From an uncultured Chloroflexia bacterium (GTDB lineage: Bacteria > Chloroflexota > Anaerolineae > JAAYZQ01), in the NCBI GenBank assembly GCA_963700285.1, contig CAVOXA010000001.1, positions 1,376,001-1,440,000 of the forward strand: a DNA stretch of 64,000 nucleotides. Direction: 5' to 3'. Below the pieces are notes generated by a model. It searched no databases and was not told the origin of the DNA. It saw only the letters and a program-made list of their open reading frames with translations. Of this stretch, positions 9,778-19,698 are shown piece after piece (positions within the stretch are counted from its first letter, which is position 1; each line of letters opens with the position of its first letter). The position numbers and the translations under genes were made by a program.

Positions 9778-11070
9778 CTAATTCCCAGTGGAGGATGACG
9801 TACCCTTTCCCTGGATGAATGCCTTCGACTGGGCTGCCGATGGGGTATAGGTGTCGGCAGAGTAGTCCGGGTGGGGAATACTTGGCGAGGCATGAGCCTC
9901 AGAGCGTTCTTGCGCAGGTGGCTCGAGGGGGAGTGTGAACGTGAAGCGGCTGCCTTGACCCAGCTCCGATGTGACTTCGATCTGTCCTTGGTAAGCCTCA
10001 ACGATCTGCTTGACGATGGACAGTCCTAGCCCTGTGCCGATCTCGCCGCTGGCTTTGGCCTCGTCAGTACGAAAAAAGTCGCGGAACAGGTTGGGCAGAT
10101 CGCTCTTGCCGATGCCGATTCCCGAGTCCTCAACGGTTCCGATGGCACTGTTCTCGTCCGCCCGCAATTGGACCTTGATGCGCCCTCCCTCTGGCGTGTA
10201 CTTGATTGCGTTGCTAATTAGGTTCATCCAGATCCCCCTGAGATGATCCCGGTCTGCAACGACAAGGGGGCGATCTTGGATTCGGACCTCCAGATCCTGT
10301 CGTTTCTCGCGAGCTTGGTCACCCAGCAGCGCACAGACCTCCTGGAGGATATCAGCCATGTCCTGAGGGCTTGCCTTGGCTGCACGCTGCTCCCCCAGTT
10401 GCTTGATCTGTGATAGTTCCAGGAGATCGGCAATCAGATCCAGTGTCTCCTGGAGCCGCTCCTGTACCCGGGTCAACGTGGGTTTCAGTTCCTCTTGTGT
10501 TACGTAGCCAGCCAGGATCAGGTTAATGTAGCTCTGGACTGCCGCGATGGGTGCTCGTACCTCATGGGCCACTTTCAGCATCAGCTGGCTCTTGACTTCG
10601 TCCAGCCTTTCCAACTGCTCTTTCGCCCGCGCTAGCCTCCCTGACTTCACTTCGACGGCTTTCAGCCGTCGTCGTTCCAGGCTCTGTTGCACAGAAATAA
10701 TCAGTTCGTCCGAAGTGAATGGCTTGGACAGGAAATCATAGGCCCCCTGCCTTACAGCTTGGATTGCCATCTCGACGCTTCCAAAGCCGGTAATGATGAT
10801 GCACACCGCGTCGGGATCGTTTTCGAGGATGTGGATCATCAAGTCCATGCCTCTGCCATCCGGCAGCATAAGATCAATGATATACACATCATATTTCGTC
10901 GCATGGAGCATCTCGCGACCGGTGGCTGCGTCGGCTGCAGTCTCCACGCTATAGCCCGATGGCTCCAATGCTCTACGACAGCCCTCTCGCATTCCGGCTT
11001 CGTCATCGATGATCAGGACTTTGGCCTGGTTGTCTGGCCCGTATTCGTGTTCGGTTTCCATCCAGATCAC
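9778..11070 (-). CDS. Hybrid REC-histidine kinase
   Basis: N-terminal REC (LIIDDE, IDLMLP, GAYDFLSKPF), H-box AHEVRAP, NLISNAIKY, DSGIGI, GTGLGL. Confidence 0.93.
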   Translation of the reverse strand: MIWMETEHEYGPDNQAKVLIIDDEAGMREGCRRALEPSGYSVETAADAATGREMLHATKYDVYIIDLMLPDGRGMDLMIHILENDPDAVCIIITGFGSVEMAIQAVRQGAYDFLSKPFTSDELIISVQQSLERRRLKAVEVKSGRLARAKEQLERLDEVKSQLMLKVAHEVRAPIAAVQSYINLILAGYVTQEELKPTLTRVQERLQETLDLIADLLELSQIKQLGEQRAAKASPQDMADILQEVCALLGDQAREKRQDLEVRIQDRPLVVADRDHLRGIWMNLISNAIKYTPEGGRIKVQLRADENSAIGTVEDSGIGIGKSDLPNLFRDFFRTDEAKASGEIGTGLGLSIVKQIVEAYQGQIEVTSELGQGSRFTFTLPLEPPAQERSEAHASPSIPHPDYSADTYTPSAAQSKAFIQGKGTSSSTGN

Positions 11071-11131
11071 TCCTTCTCAGGAACCCCAGCGCTTCGGCAT
11101 TGTACTTCCAATGGACGGTGTGTTGACTCGG

Positions 11132-13123
11132 TTACAGCATGGAGGCGCCCTCTGGCCTGGCGATGTGCGCTGGCAGGTGTCTCGGCAAGTCGATGGAAAA
11201 CAGTGTGCCTTTGCCTACTTTACTCTGTACCGCAACCTGTCCGCGGTGCATTTTGACAATGCCGTAGGTGATGGCCAGACCCAGCCCAGTACCCTTGCCA
11301 ATGGGTTTTGTGGTGAAAAAGGGCGTGAACATCCTCTTCATGTTCTCCTCAGAGATGCCGCTGCCTGTGTCCTGGACTTGCACAGTGATAAAGTCCGGCG
11401 TAGGCCCAACCAGGGTGCGGAGCGTCAATCTGCCACCATCAGGCATGGCCTCCGCGGCGTTATTCATGAGGTTCACAAAGACCTGGTGTAGCTGCAGAGG
11501 ATCGGCCTGTATGCTGTGCAGGTCTTGGGCGAGTTCCGTCACGATTTCGACGTCCTGGAATAGACCCTGTTTGCCCAGTTGTCCGACCAACTCCTGTATC
11601 ATGGCATTGACGTCCGTCTCTTGGGCCAAGATCTCATTCTGTCGTGAGAAGTTCAGTAGGTCATTGACGATAATCTTGCAGCGGGTAGCCTCTCGGATGA
11701 TCATCTGCAGGTCTTCCCGTTGCTGCTGGTCTTCCTCTGGCGTCTCTTTGCATAGAATGTCAGCGTAGAGGAGGACCGAGCCCAACGGATTGTTGATTTC
11801 GTGGGCTACGCCGGCTGCCAACTGGCCCACCGAGGCCAGTTTCTCTTTCTGAATCAGTTGCTGCTGTGCTTCTTCCAAGCTGGCGACCATGGTGTTGAAG
11901 GACTGGGCCAGCGTACGCATCTCGACATAGCCTTCAGGTCGAACGCGTACGGACCAGTCTCCCTCTGCAACTCGTTGCGTTGCGTGTGCCAGACCTCCAA
12001 GAGGACGCGAGATGGACCAGGCCAGCGGGATGGCGATGAGGATGGCCACCAGAATGCTGGCGATAGCTATGAAAAAGACCTGCCCAGCAAAAGAGTCCAG
12101 CAGGCGCTGGAATGCCGCTCGCTGCGCGCCCACATACAGCATTCCAACGATTTGTCCCAGGTGGTTGTAAAGCGGTTCGTAGCGGGTGATATACCATTGA
12201 TTGACGACGAAAGCGTCTCCGGTAAAGTCCTCACCCTGCACGAGTACGCGATCAAAGACCTCTTGCGACACCCGCGTGCCCATGGCCCGGCCCTGCTTTT
12301 CGTCCAGGACGTTGGTGGAGACGCGCAGATCACCGAAAAAGATGGTTGCTGTGTCAACACCTGCCACGTCCTTGATGCGGTCAACCAGGGTAAAGTCGTT
12401 GTTGAACAGGTGGCCCGTTAGCACTGAGCCCTGTATCTCGCCCATCTCGGAGATGATGGGCGCTGCGCCAAGCAGGGCCAGTCCAGCCGTTCCCTCGCGG
12501 GGATCAAAGGGCTTAGGGGCTGCCTTGGGGGTGTCAATAAGGGTGATGCGGGACTGGCCGTCCAATCCAAGCCAGGTCAGTTGCTCGGCCGGCACAACTT
12601 CGGTAGCAGCTTGCCGTTCCTTTTGGCTGAGGACGCTCTGGACGATGGGCAGGGAAGACCAATTTGTTCCCATGGCGACCGGCTCTGTCCGGCCGTCCGA
12701 CGTCACTTGCCCTGCTACGGCCGTACCCTCAGAGTCTGTGAGCACGACGAACCGCTGCGTCCCGGCCGGCATATTGGCGATCTCGTTGTCAATGCCTGCT
12801 TCAATGGCCTGACCAGCACCAGAATCGCCCTGAACCATATTCACAAAGTTCTGGCGCACGCTGCAGGTCGAAGCAATGCGGCCGGCCATGGCAGAGATGT
12901 CATTGAGCTTGCTGCTGTAGAAAGCGCCGGCCAGTTCCATATCCCGGCCGACGCGAGCATCCTGGGCCTCTGTCAGATAGTTGTTGATGAGGCCGTAGGT
13001 AAGCAGCGCACCGACGACGACGGTGATGGCTGTCGTAAGAGCAAACCCGAGAATGAGGATGTACTGAAGCCGCCAACCAAAGGGCCGCGCTATCAGTCGT
13101 TGCATCGCCCTGCTACCTCCCAT
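11132..13123 (-). CDS. Cache/HAMP sensor histidine kinase (NtrB-like)
   Basis: Two TMs, Cache domain (ATIFFGDLRVSTNV...YITRYEPL), HAMP, AHEINNPL, NLMNNAAEA, FFTTKPIGKGTGLGL. Confidence 0.93.
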   Translation of the reverse strand: MGGSRAMQRLIARPFGWRLQYILILGFALTTAITVVVGALLTYGLINNYLTEAQDARVGRDMELAGAFYSSKLNDISAMAGRIASTCSVRQNFVNMVQGDSGAGQAIEAGIDNEIANMPAGTQRFVVLTDSEGTAVAGQVTSDGRTEPVAMGTNWSSLPIVQSVLSQKERQAATEVVPAEQLTWLGLDGQSRITLIDTPKAAPKPFDPREGTAGLALLGAAPIISEMGEIQGSVLTGHLFNNDFTLVDRIKDVAGVDTATIFFGDLRVSTNVLDEKQGRAMGTRVSQEVFDRVLVQGEDFTGDAFVVNQWYITRYEPLYNHLGQIVGMLYVGAQRAAFQRLLDSFAGQVFFIAIASILVAILIAIPLAWSISRPLGGLAHATQRVAEGDWSVRVRPEGYVEMRTLAQSFNTMVASLEEAQQQLIQKEKLASVGQLAAGVAHEINNPLGSVLLYADILCKETPEEDQQQREDLQMIIREATRCKIIVNDLLNFSRQNEILAQETDVNAMIQELVGQLGKQGLFQDVEIVTELAQDLHSIQADPLQLHQVFVNLMNNAAEAMPDGGRLTLRTLVGPTPDFITVQVQDTGSGISEENMKRMFTPFFTTKPIGKGTGLGLAITYGIVKMHRGQVAVQSKVGKGTLFSIDLPRHLPAHIARPEGASML

Positions 13124-13287
13124 GACCTGAAGGTGGGATTCTAGTCAAGATCGAGGAGATTATACCATAGGTGAGCGGCTGGGGCGAAAAGGCAGCGGAT
13201 GTCAGCCTGCCGGTCTGACAGACCTGGGCAGTTGTGAGACTGGACCGACTGCAAAGAGACGTGGCGAACGGCCAGCGGCTCTCTGTC

Positions 13288-14649
13288 TTACTCTGTTCTG
13301 TTCACAGGACCTTGCAGGATTCGGCCGGCGTACGTGGGCATGAACCGTGCCAGTCGCAAAAAGTTCTTGGGAGTGAGTAGGTATGAAAAGAAGCCAAAGA
13401 ACCCGGGGTGGAACATCAGAACAAGCGCGCCGCCATGCTCCAGGGCTTGTTCCAGGTCCTGGAGTGCCTGCTCGTAAAAGACCTCGGCAAAGTTCTTGTA
13501 GGGGATGCCAATGTCTCGAAACTGATAGCAGATGCAATAGGTATCTGAGAGATTGCCCTCGTTCGTCAGCCAGCGGTACGGCAAGTAATAGGCGAATGCG
13601 CGCTGAGATATTGTCCACAGGAACCCGGCGCCTTCGACCGCTCCCCAGTAGTTCGGTGTATAGTTCTCTACCAGTTCACCGCCGTGGTTAGACACGCCTG
13701 CCACAGGCACACCAGCGACTGCTTCGAGGTGTGCCTTGTCGGCCCTCGCGGCGGCCTCTTCGCTGCCATGCTTCTCAGCGTGGGCAAAGAACTCTGCGTG
13801 CAAGGCGATCTCAACCGGGTCGGACAAAGATGTGAGTTTATTGATCTCTTTGTCGTTGTAGAAAGGCTGAAACACGCGGATGTAGACTGTACTTCTGGCA
13901 CCATGCTCGTGCTCCAGTTTTACGATCCTGGGAACGTTCGTAAGGGCCCGCTCTACGTCGTGGCGTGGCGAGAAAACGCCTTTCATCACCTTGCCGTCAA
14001 TGCGAGGGTTGTACCAGATGCGGATAAGGGGCAGGCCCTGTTTAGCCAATCTGGCAACAACCAAGTCTCTGACGGCCACGATAGTCTCGTCGTACTCGGC
14101 TAGCTCTTGTCGGCGCAGGTGTCCCTCCATCATCTCCAGGATATCGTCTAGTTCATGGGAAAGGAAGAACTCTCCATCCTTGCCAATGGATGTATTCATG
14201 ATGCCTTCTCTTCGCAGGGCCTCAATCAGCAGGTCCCGTCGCGCCAGTGAGGCATCGACAACCCATTGCACATCTCCAGAAAGGGAGCAGTCCGGGCAGC
14301 CAACTGTGTGGGAAGTCAGAAACTCTCCTGGGAACTTTTCAAAGACCGCACCTTCTAGATCGGACCTCACGCTGCATCTCGCCTCGGATACACGAATGCT
14401 CAATGAGGCTCTATGGCGCCTGTCCCACCAACCAGCGTACTCTCCCTGAGATGCCATCCAGACATCTCCACGGGCTTGAACGCTTCGGAGGACGCGTTCG
14501 TAGGGGCGGTAGCTTCGGATCTTTGTGTACCTTTCGATTGCCCGTTTCATCAGGGTGATCTTCATCTTTTCATCCTCTGGGGGGCTTTGACTCTGATTCT
14601 GGAAGCTCTGAACGGCCTGGCTGCCCTGTTCGTCCGGTGACTGCGTCAC
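13288..14649 (-). CDS. Polysaccharide deacetylase (NodB/CE4)-like protein, unusual motif order
   Basis: RHDVE, STVYI, EIALH, NHGG, LVLMFHP motifs; RBS GAGGAGG before GTG. Confidence 0.6.
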   Translation of the reverse strand: MTQSPDEQGSQAVQSFQNQSQSPPEDEKMKITLMKRAIERYTKIRSYRPYERVLRSVQARGDVWMASQGEYAGWWDRRHRASLSIRVSEARCSVRSDLEGAVFEKFPGEFLTSHTVGCPDCSLSGDVQWVVDASLARRDLLIEALRREGIMNTSIGKDGEFFLSHELDDILEMMEGHLRRQELAEYDETIVAVRDLVVARLAKQGLPLIRIWYNPRIDGKVMKGVFSPRHDVERALTNVPRIVKLEHEHGARSTVYIRVFQPFYNDKEINKLTSLSDPVEIALHAEFFAHAEKHGSEEAAARADKAHLEAVAGVPVAGVSNHGGELVENYTPNYWGAVEGAGFLWTISQRAFAYYLPYRWLTNEGNLSDTYCICYQFRDIGIPYKNFAEVFYEQALQDLEQALEHGGALVLMFHPGFFGFFSYLLTPKNFLRLARFMPTYAGRILQGPVNRTE

Positions 14650-14701
14650 GTACCTCCTCGCCGCACTTTTTTGGACTGCTTGGTGCTGGACCTGAGCAGC
14701 T

Positions 14702-17035
14702 CTAGCTGGCGATGGGCCTCAGATTGCGCACAAAATCCTCGTAGGTGTTGCCAGCAAGTGGAACTCCGCAATGGGCGACGACCTTGGCGGGGTTTCCCTG
14801 CACCATTGTCAGGGGGGGAATGGACTGGCTTACCACACTTCCTGCGGTGACCACAGCACCCTGGCCAATGGTCAGGTTCGGTAGGATAATGGCTCCTGCA
14901 CCGATATAGGCATCGTCCTCAATCCGAACTGAGGGCTTGTTACCGGACTTGGCCCTGTCGGTGCTTTCTCTGAAATGGGCGACGATCACGGAGCGCATGC
15001 TGATCGATACGTTGTTGCCGATGGAGACAAGCTGGGGATAGGCGGTCTCGATGATCACCGAGGTTCCGATAGCAACGTTGTTGCCGATTTTGACGCCGCG
15101 CATTCGGTGCAGCCGAACCCGCGTTGTCTTGAAGCCTGGCGCATACAGAGCAATCACCTGGAGGACGCGGTTTCTGAGCCCCTTCCAAAAACTGTCTCTC
15201 ATGGGCTTGGACTCGGCTGGTTCGCTCCCTTCCTCCGTGGCCGCCGGGACCGGGCTGTCCTCTCCCCGCAGGATTCTGGCAACCTGCTCAATGGTCGGAG
15301 TTTGAAAGAATGACGCTAGGGAGCTGACCGATCCGCAGGTTCCCTCCGTCTGGGCAAACAGGCGCATGGCCAGAAGGGAGTTGCCTCCCAAGTCGAAGAA
15401 ACTGTCCCTGACACCGACGGACTGGACGTCCAGAACCTCTTCCCAAATCGCGGTCAGCTGGCGCTCCAGGTCATCGCGGGGCCCTAAGAAGGGCACATCC
15501 AGCTCTGGCCTGGATCTGCCAGTTCTCGATAGCTTACGCTGGCCTTTCGGCTCGGCTGAATCTGGACTGGTGCTTTCGGCTGCCGGACGGGGTTCCAGTT
15601 CGGGCACGGATAACAGAGACGATAGTGCAAGCTCTGGTGCGGCCACGGCTTGCTCCAGGATCCTAAAGAACTGGTCGAGCATTCGTTTGGCAGTGGATGC
15701 GTTATACAGGTCGGTTTTGTACTCCAGTATCCCTGTGAGGTCGTTGCCGCGCTGCTCAACAAAGAGAGACAACTCAAAATCGGTTGCTCCCTTGTCAAAG
15801 TCGAAGGGGTTCGTGGCCATGCCTTGCAGAGGAGGAACCTGGCTGGGAAAATTCTGGAGAGCAAACAGCGCCCTCGACAGAGGCGTGTGCGCGAGACCGG
15901 GTAACTCTGCCAGAGTCTGAAAGGGTAGGCGCTGGTGATCATAGGCCCCCATGACGACGCGACGCACTCGGTTCAGGAGTTCGCGAAAACTGGGGTCGCC
16001 GGAAAGGTCTGTACGCATGACAATGATGTTGTTAAAGTAGCCGATCAATGTTTCAAGCTCAGCCTGCTCTCGATTGGCGACAGGCGTGCACACCATGATG
16101 TCTTTCTGGCCCGAATGGTGAGCCAACAATGCCTGATAGGCAGCCAATAGGGTCATGTACAGCGTGACTCCCTCCTGCTGGCTCAGTGCCCTGAGGGAAT
16201 CTGCCAGGCCCTTCGGAAGTTTCAGCGATTCTCTGGCGCCTCGGAAGGTCAAGACTGCCTGCCGGGGATGATCGGTTGGCAATTCCAGCGCAGGCGGATT
16301 GTCGCCCAACTGCTGCTCCCAGTATGCGAGTTCTGACGCCAAAACCTCGCCCTGAAGTTGCTCTCGCTGCCAGTACGCAAAGTCGGCGTACTGGATAGGC
16401 AGTTCCGGGAGGGGCGAGGGTTCTCCCGCTGAGAAAGCTGTGTACAGCGCTGCCAGCTCCCGCAAGAGCACTTGAGCTGACCAGCCGTCAAACACGATGT
16501 GATGGATCACAAGGAGCAGTACGTGCTCCTCTGGATCCAGGCGCAGCAGCGTGGTCCGTAACAAAGGGCCACTGGCCAAGTTAAAGGGGCGCTGTGCGCC
16601 CTCGACTGCAAGGCGTGTGGCACGGTCCTGCCTCTCTACCTTTGGCCATTGATTCAAGTCAACAACAGGTATGGTCAAGGGTTGATGGGGTGTGATGATT
16701 CGATATGGCCTGCCCTCTTTGGTGGGGAAAGTAGCCCTCAGCGTCTCGTGCCTCCGGACGATTTCGCTGAGTGCCTGTTCCAGAACTGCGACGTCCAGGG
16801 GACCAGTGAGGTGCAGCGCAACGGGTCGGTTGTAGGCCGGGCTGCCAGGCTCCCATCGATCACGGAACCAAAGCCGCTCTTGAGCAAACGATAGGGGCGC
16901 ATCCTTCAGATCTGGGCGATGTGGGATCGTTGGCGACGCTGGCATCAATGCGCCCCGAAGGCGCTGCTCAAGCAGTGTTCTCTTGGCAGTGGACAGCCGG
17001 ACGCGCCGTTCAGAGCTAGTTCCGTCTTGTATCAT
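14702..17035 (-). CDS. NRPS-like protein: condensation domain - PCP - left-handed beta-helix (hexapeptide) acyltransferase
   Basis: PLSFAQERLW, RHETLRATF, HHIVFDGWS, QYADFAYWQ; PCP FFDLGGNSLLA; LbH repeats VKIGNNVAIG...IEDDAYIGAGAIILPNLTIGQGAVVTAGSVV...GNPAK; no A domain. Confidence 0.9.
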   Translation of the reverse strand: MIQDGTSSERRVRLSTAKRTLLEQRLRGALMPASPTIPHRPDLKDAPLSFAQERLWFRDRWEPGSPAYNRPVALHLTGPLDVAVLEQALSEIVRRHETLRATFPTKEGRPYRIITPHQPLTIPVVDLNQWPKVERQDRATRLAVEGAQRPFNLASGPLLRTTLLRLDPEEHVLLLVIHHIVFDGWSAQVLLRELAALYTAFSAGEPSPLPELPIQYADFAYWQREQLQGEVLASELAYWEQQLGDNPPALELPTDHPRQAVLTFRGARESLKLPKGLADSLRALSQQEGVTLYMTLLAAYQALLAHHSGQKDIMVCTPVANREQAELETLIGYFNNIIVMRTDLSGDPSFRELLNRVRRVVMGAYDHQRLPFQTLAELPGLAHTPLSRALFALQNFPSQVPPLQGMATNPFDFDKGATDFELSLFVEQRGNDLTGILEYKTDLYNASTAKRMLDQFFRILEQAVAAPELALSSLLSVPELEPRPAAESTSPDSAEPKGQRKLSRTGRSRPELDVPFLGPRDDLERQLTAIWEEVLDVQSVGVRDSFFDLGGNSLLAMRLFAQTEGTCGSVSSLASFFQTPTIEQVARILRGEDSPVPAATEEGSEPAESKPMRDSFWKGLRNRVLQVIALYAPGFKTTRVRLHRMRGVKIGNNVAIGTSVIIETAYPQLVSIGNNVSISMRSVIVAHFRESTDRAKSGNKPSVRIEDDAYIGAGAIILPNLTIGQGAVVTAGSVVSQSIPPLTMVQGNPAKVVAHCGVPLAGNTYEDFVRNLRPIAS

Positions 17036-17063
17036 TCCCACAAACCATCCAGACAGGGGCGGT

Positions 17064-18940
17064 TCAACCCAAGAGGCGCTGTGCTTCCTCGTCAGAGAGC
17101 GCTTCCAGCTCGGCGATGAGTATTTCTTCGATCTGGGCGGCCTGGCCGGCAATTGTGGGCTCTCGGAACATCATGGTCGCTGGTAGTTCAACCTGGAAGG
17201 CGGCGCGTACCCGTGTGACCACCTGGGTCGCCCGAAGCGAGTCGCCACCCAGCCCGAAAAAGTTGTCATAAACACCAATGCGCTGAATGCCCAGCACCTC
17301 TGCCCAGATCTTGGCCAAGGCCTCCTCGGCAGTGTCCCTGGGCGCCACGTATTGGGGTTTGAGCTGGGATGCCAGCTTGTCGTATAGACCGATGCGCTGC
17401 AACTTGCCGGTGGGCCCCTTTGGAATTTCATCGACAATCACAATCTGACTTGGTACTTTGAAATCCGCCAGCCGGTCAAAGGCCGTGCTACGGAGTTCCT
17501 GTTCCGAGACCGCGGAGCCCTGGTGCAACACAACGGCCGCGGCTACGTCCTCGCCCAGTGTTGTGTGAGGTACGGCAAAGGTGACGGCTTGTGCGACCGC
17601 GGGATGGTCCAGGAGAGCTTCGTCGACTTCCCTTGGCACGACCTTTTCGCCGCCGCGATTGATGATCTCTTTGAGACGACCGGTAATCAAGAGATAGCCA
17701 TCTCCGTCCAGGTAGCCCTCATCACCGGTCCGGAACCAGCCGTCTGTGAACGAACTCTCATTTGCCTCGGGGTTGTTCTCATAGCCCGCGGTGACGTTGG
17801 CACCGCGGATAACAATCTCCCCCGTTGCTGCCCGACGGAACCAGATGGCCGTCTTGATCCATGATCGCTACATCTGGCCCGGTGGCTATTCCTACGGAGC
17901 CGGGCTTTTCGCTCTGCTGGAGGAAGGGGGTTGCTGCTCATCTGGTGGGCGGCTTCGGTCATGCCGTAAGCCTCGAGTGCCGGGACGCCAAAGGTACGCT
18001 CCAACTCTGCCATCACCTGAGGGGGCAGGGCAGCGGAGCAGGAGCGGATGAACCGCAGTGAATGGCGGGCAACAATGTCGCTGTTGGCAGCAGAACGATT
18101 CAGGATTGCCTGGTGCATCGTTGGAACAGCCGTGTACCAGCTTGGCTGGAAGGCATCTAGCCAACCAAAAAATTCGGCATCATCAAAGCCGGAGGTACAA
18201 ACGACGCTGGCGCCGGACACCATTGTCGACAGAATCGCCGCGACGAGGCCGTGAATGTGAAACAAGGGCATGACATTCAGACAGCGATCAGTGCTGGAGA
18301 GTTTGTAGGCATTTCGAATATTATGGGCCGAGGTACAAAGATTCTCGTGGGTCAGAGGGACGATCTTGGGGCGTGAGGTCGTGCCAGAAGTATGGAGCAC
18401 CAGAGCTACATCGCTAGGTTGTGCATAGCCGCCAGCAGCAGGGCTGGATCCCTTCTCCCCGGTGAGCGCAAACAGGCCGGCTTCAGCCTCGAAATCTGGT
18501 AGTAGTTCGATGATGGGGATGGCGTGGTTCCGCGCTACCTCTGAAGCTGGCGAATCCATGCCCGAAAGGATGAGCAGCGCCTTGGCATGTAAATCTGACA
18601 GATAGAAGTCGAATTCGCGGGCGCCATAGGCAGGATTGAGCGGTGCGCAGGTTGCGCCCGAAGCCACGGACAGAAAGGCGGTCGCCATCTCCGGACTGTT
18701 GGGTAGAACAATGGCCACCCGGTCATTGCGTCCCACCCCTATTGAGTTCAGCGAGGCGACGACTTCTGCGATGTGGTCGCCCAGCCGGCCGTATGACAGG
18801 GGGCGGCGGCCTGGAGCGGCTAGAGCCACGCTTTCTGGAGAACACCGAGCCTGGTAGAAAAGCAGGTCGCCTATGGCTTGCTCGGCGCAACCCGTGCTGA
18901 AAACGGTCTTCTGGTTCATGGTCCGAAGGGACTCCATCAT
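17064..18940 (-). CDS. Oxalate-CoA-ligase-like adenylation domain fused to PCP (frameshifts near 17830-17905)
   Basis: APLNPAY, LHTSGTTSRPK, MPLFHIHGL, WYTAVPTMHQAIL, LRFIRSCSAAL, EAYGMTEAAHQMSSNPLP, GWFRTGD, GRLKEIINRGGEK, PKGPTGKLQR; PCP FFGLGGDSLRA. Confidence 0.88.
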
Positions 18941-19139
18941 CTCATGTCCTTCCAGTGTCAGCTAACGCGCACTAGTCTGCACGAATCCCCTATATACCAC
19001 ATCTAGGTTGAGAAGTCAATTCCCAAGCTGATGTGATGGGCGCGCGGCGCCTGGCTCTGATCGACGTTCGCCAGAGATGCCTCCGGGAATAGCAGACATC
19101 GCCTCTCAGCCAGCGGCCCAGCCGTGCTTGCCCCAAGCC

Positions 19140-19691
19140 TCACGCTACGAACCGGTACATCAAGACGCCGTCCAAGTAGGTCCCGTCGGCCTTTTTGAAC
19201 TCGTGAGGCAGCCTGCCCTCTTCCAAGAAGCCGAGATTGCGATAGAGGGCCAGTGCGAGCCGGTTCGTGGCGACAACCTCTAGCTTGACCTTGTCGATGA
19301 CCGGGTTCTCGGCGGCCCAATCCAGCGCTGTCTCTATTAGGGAGGTGCCAACGCCGCGCGCACGCCACGGCTGTGCCACTGTGATACCCAACAATGCGGT
19401 GTGGCGTGTCCGCAGCCTGGTACCACCTCGCAAACTGGCCCAACCGATGATATCGGCCTCTTGCTCTGCTACGAACAGAGCAGAGTTCTCTTTGTCGATG
19501 AACCCCTGGATCCAGCTCTTTTCCTCATCGATACCGATAGTGAGCTCTTCGGGTTGGGTGATCAGGTAGTCCAAACGCTCAGCCATGGCGGCCCTGGCGC
19601 CTGCCAGCAGCCGTTCCGCGTCGCGAACCCGGGCCTCGCGTACCACGAACCCTTGGCCGTCCTTGGTCACGAACTGTCTAATTCCTGTCAT
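19140..19691 (-). CDS. GNAT-family N-acetyltransferase (RimJ/YhhY-like)
   Basis: WRARGVGTSL, LEVVATNRLALALYRNLGF.EEG. Confidence 0.88.
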   Translation of the reverse strand: MTGIRQFVTKDGQGFVVREARVRDAERLLAGARAAMAERLDYLITQPEELTIGIDEEKSWIQGFIDKENSALFVAEQEADIIGWASLRGGTRLRTRHTALLGITVAQPWRARGVGTSLIETALDWAAENPVIDKVKLEVVATNRLALALYRNLGFLEEGRLPHEFKKADGTYLDGVLMYRFVA

Positions 19692-19698
19692 GCTGTCC

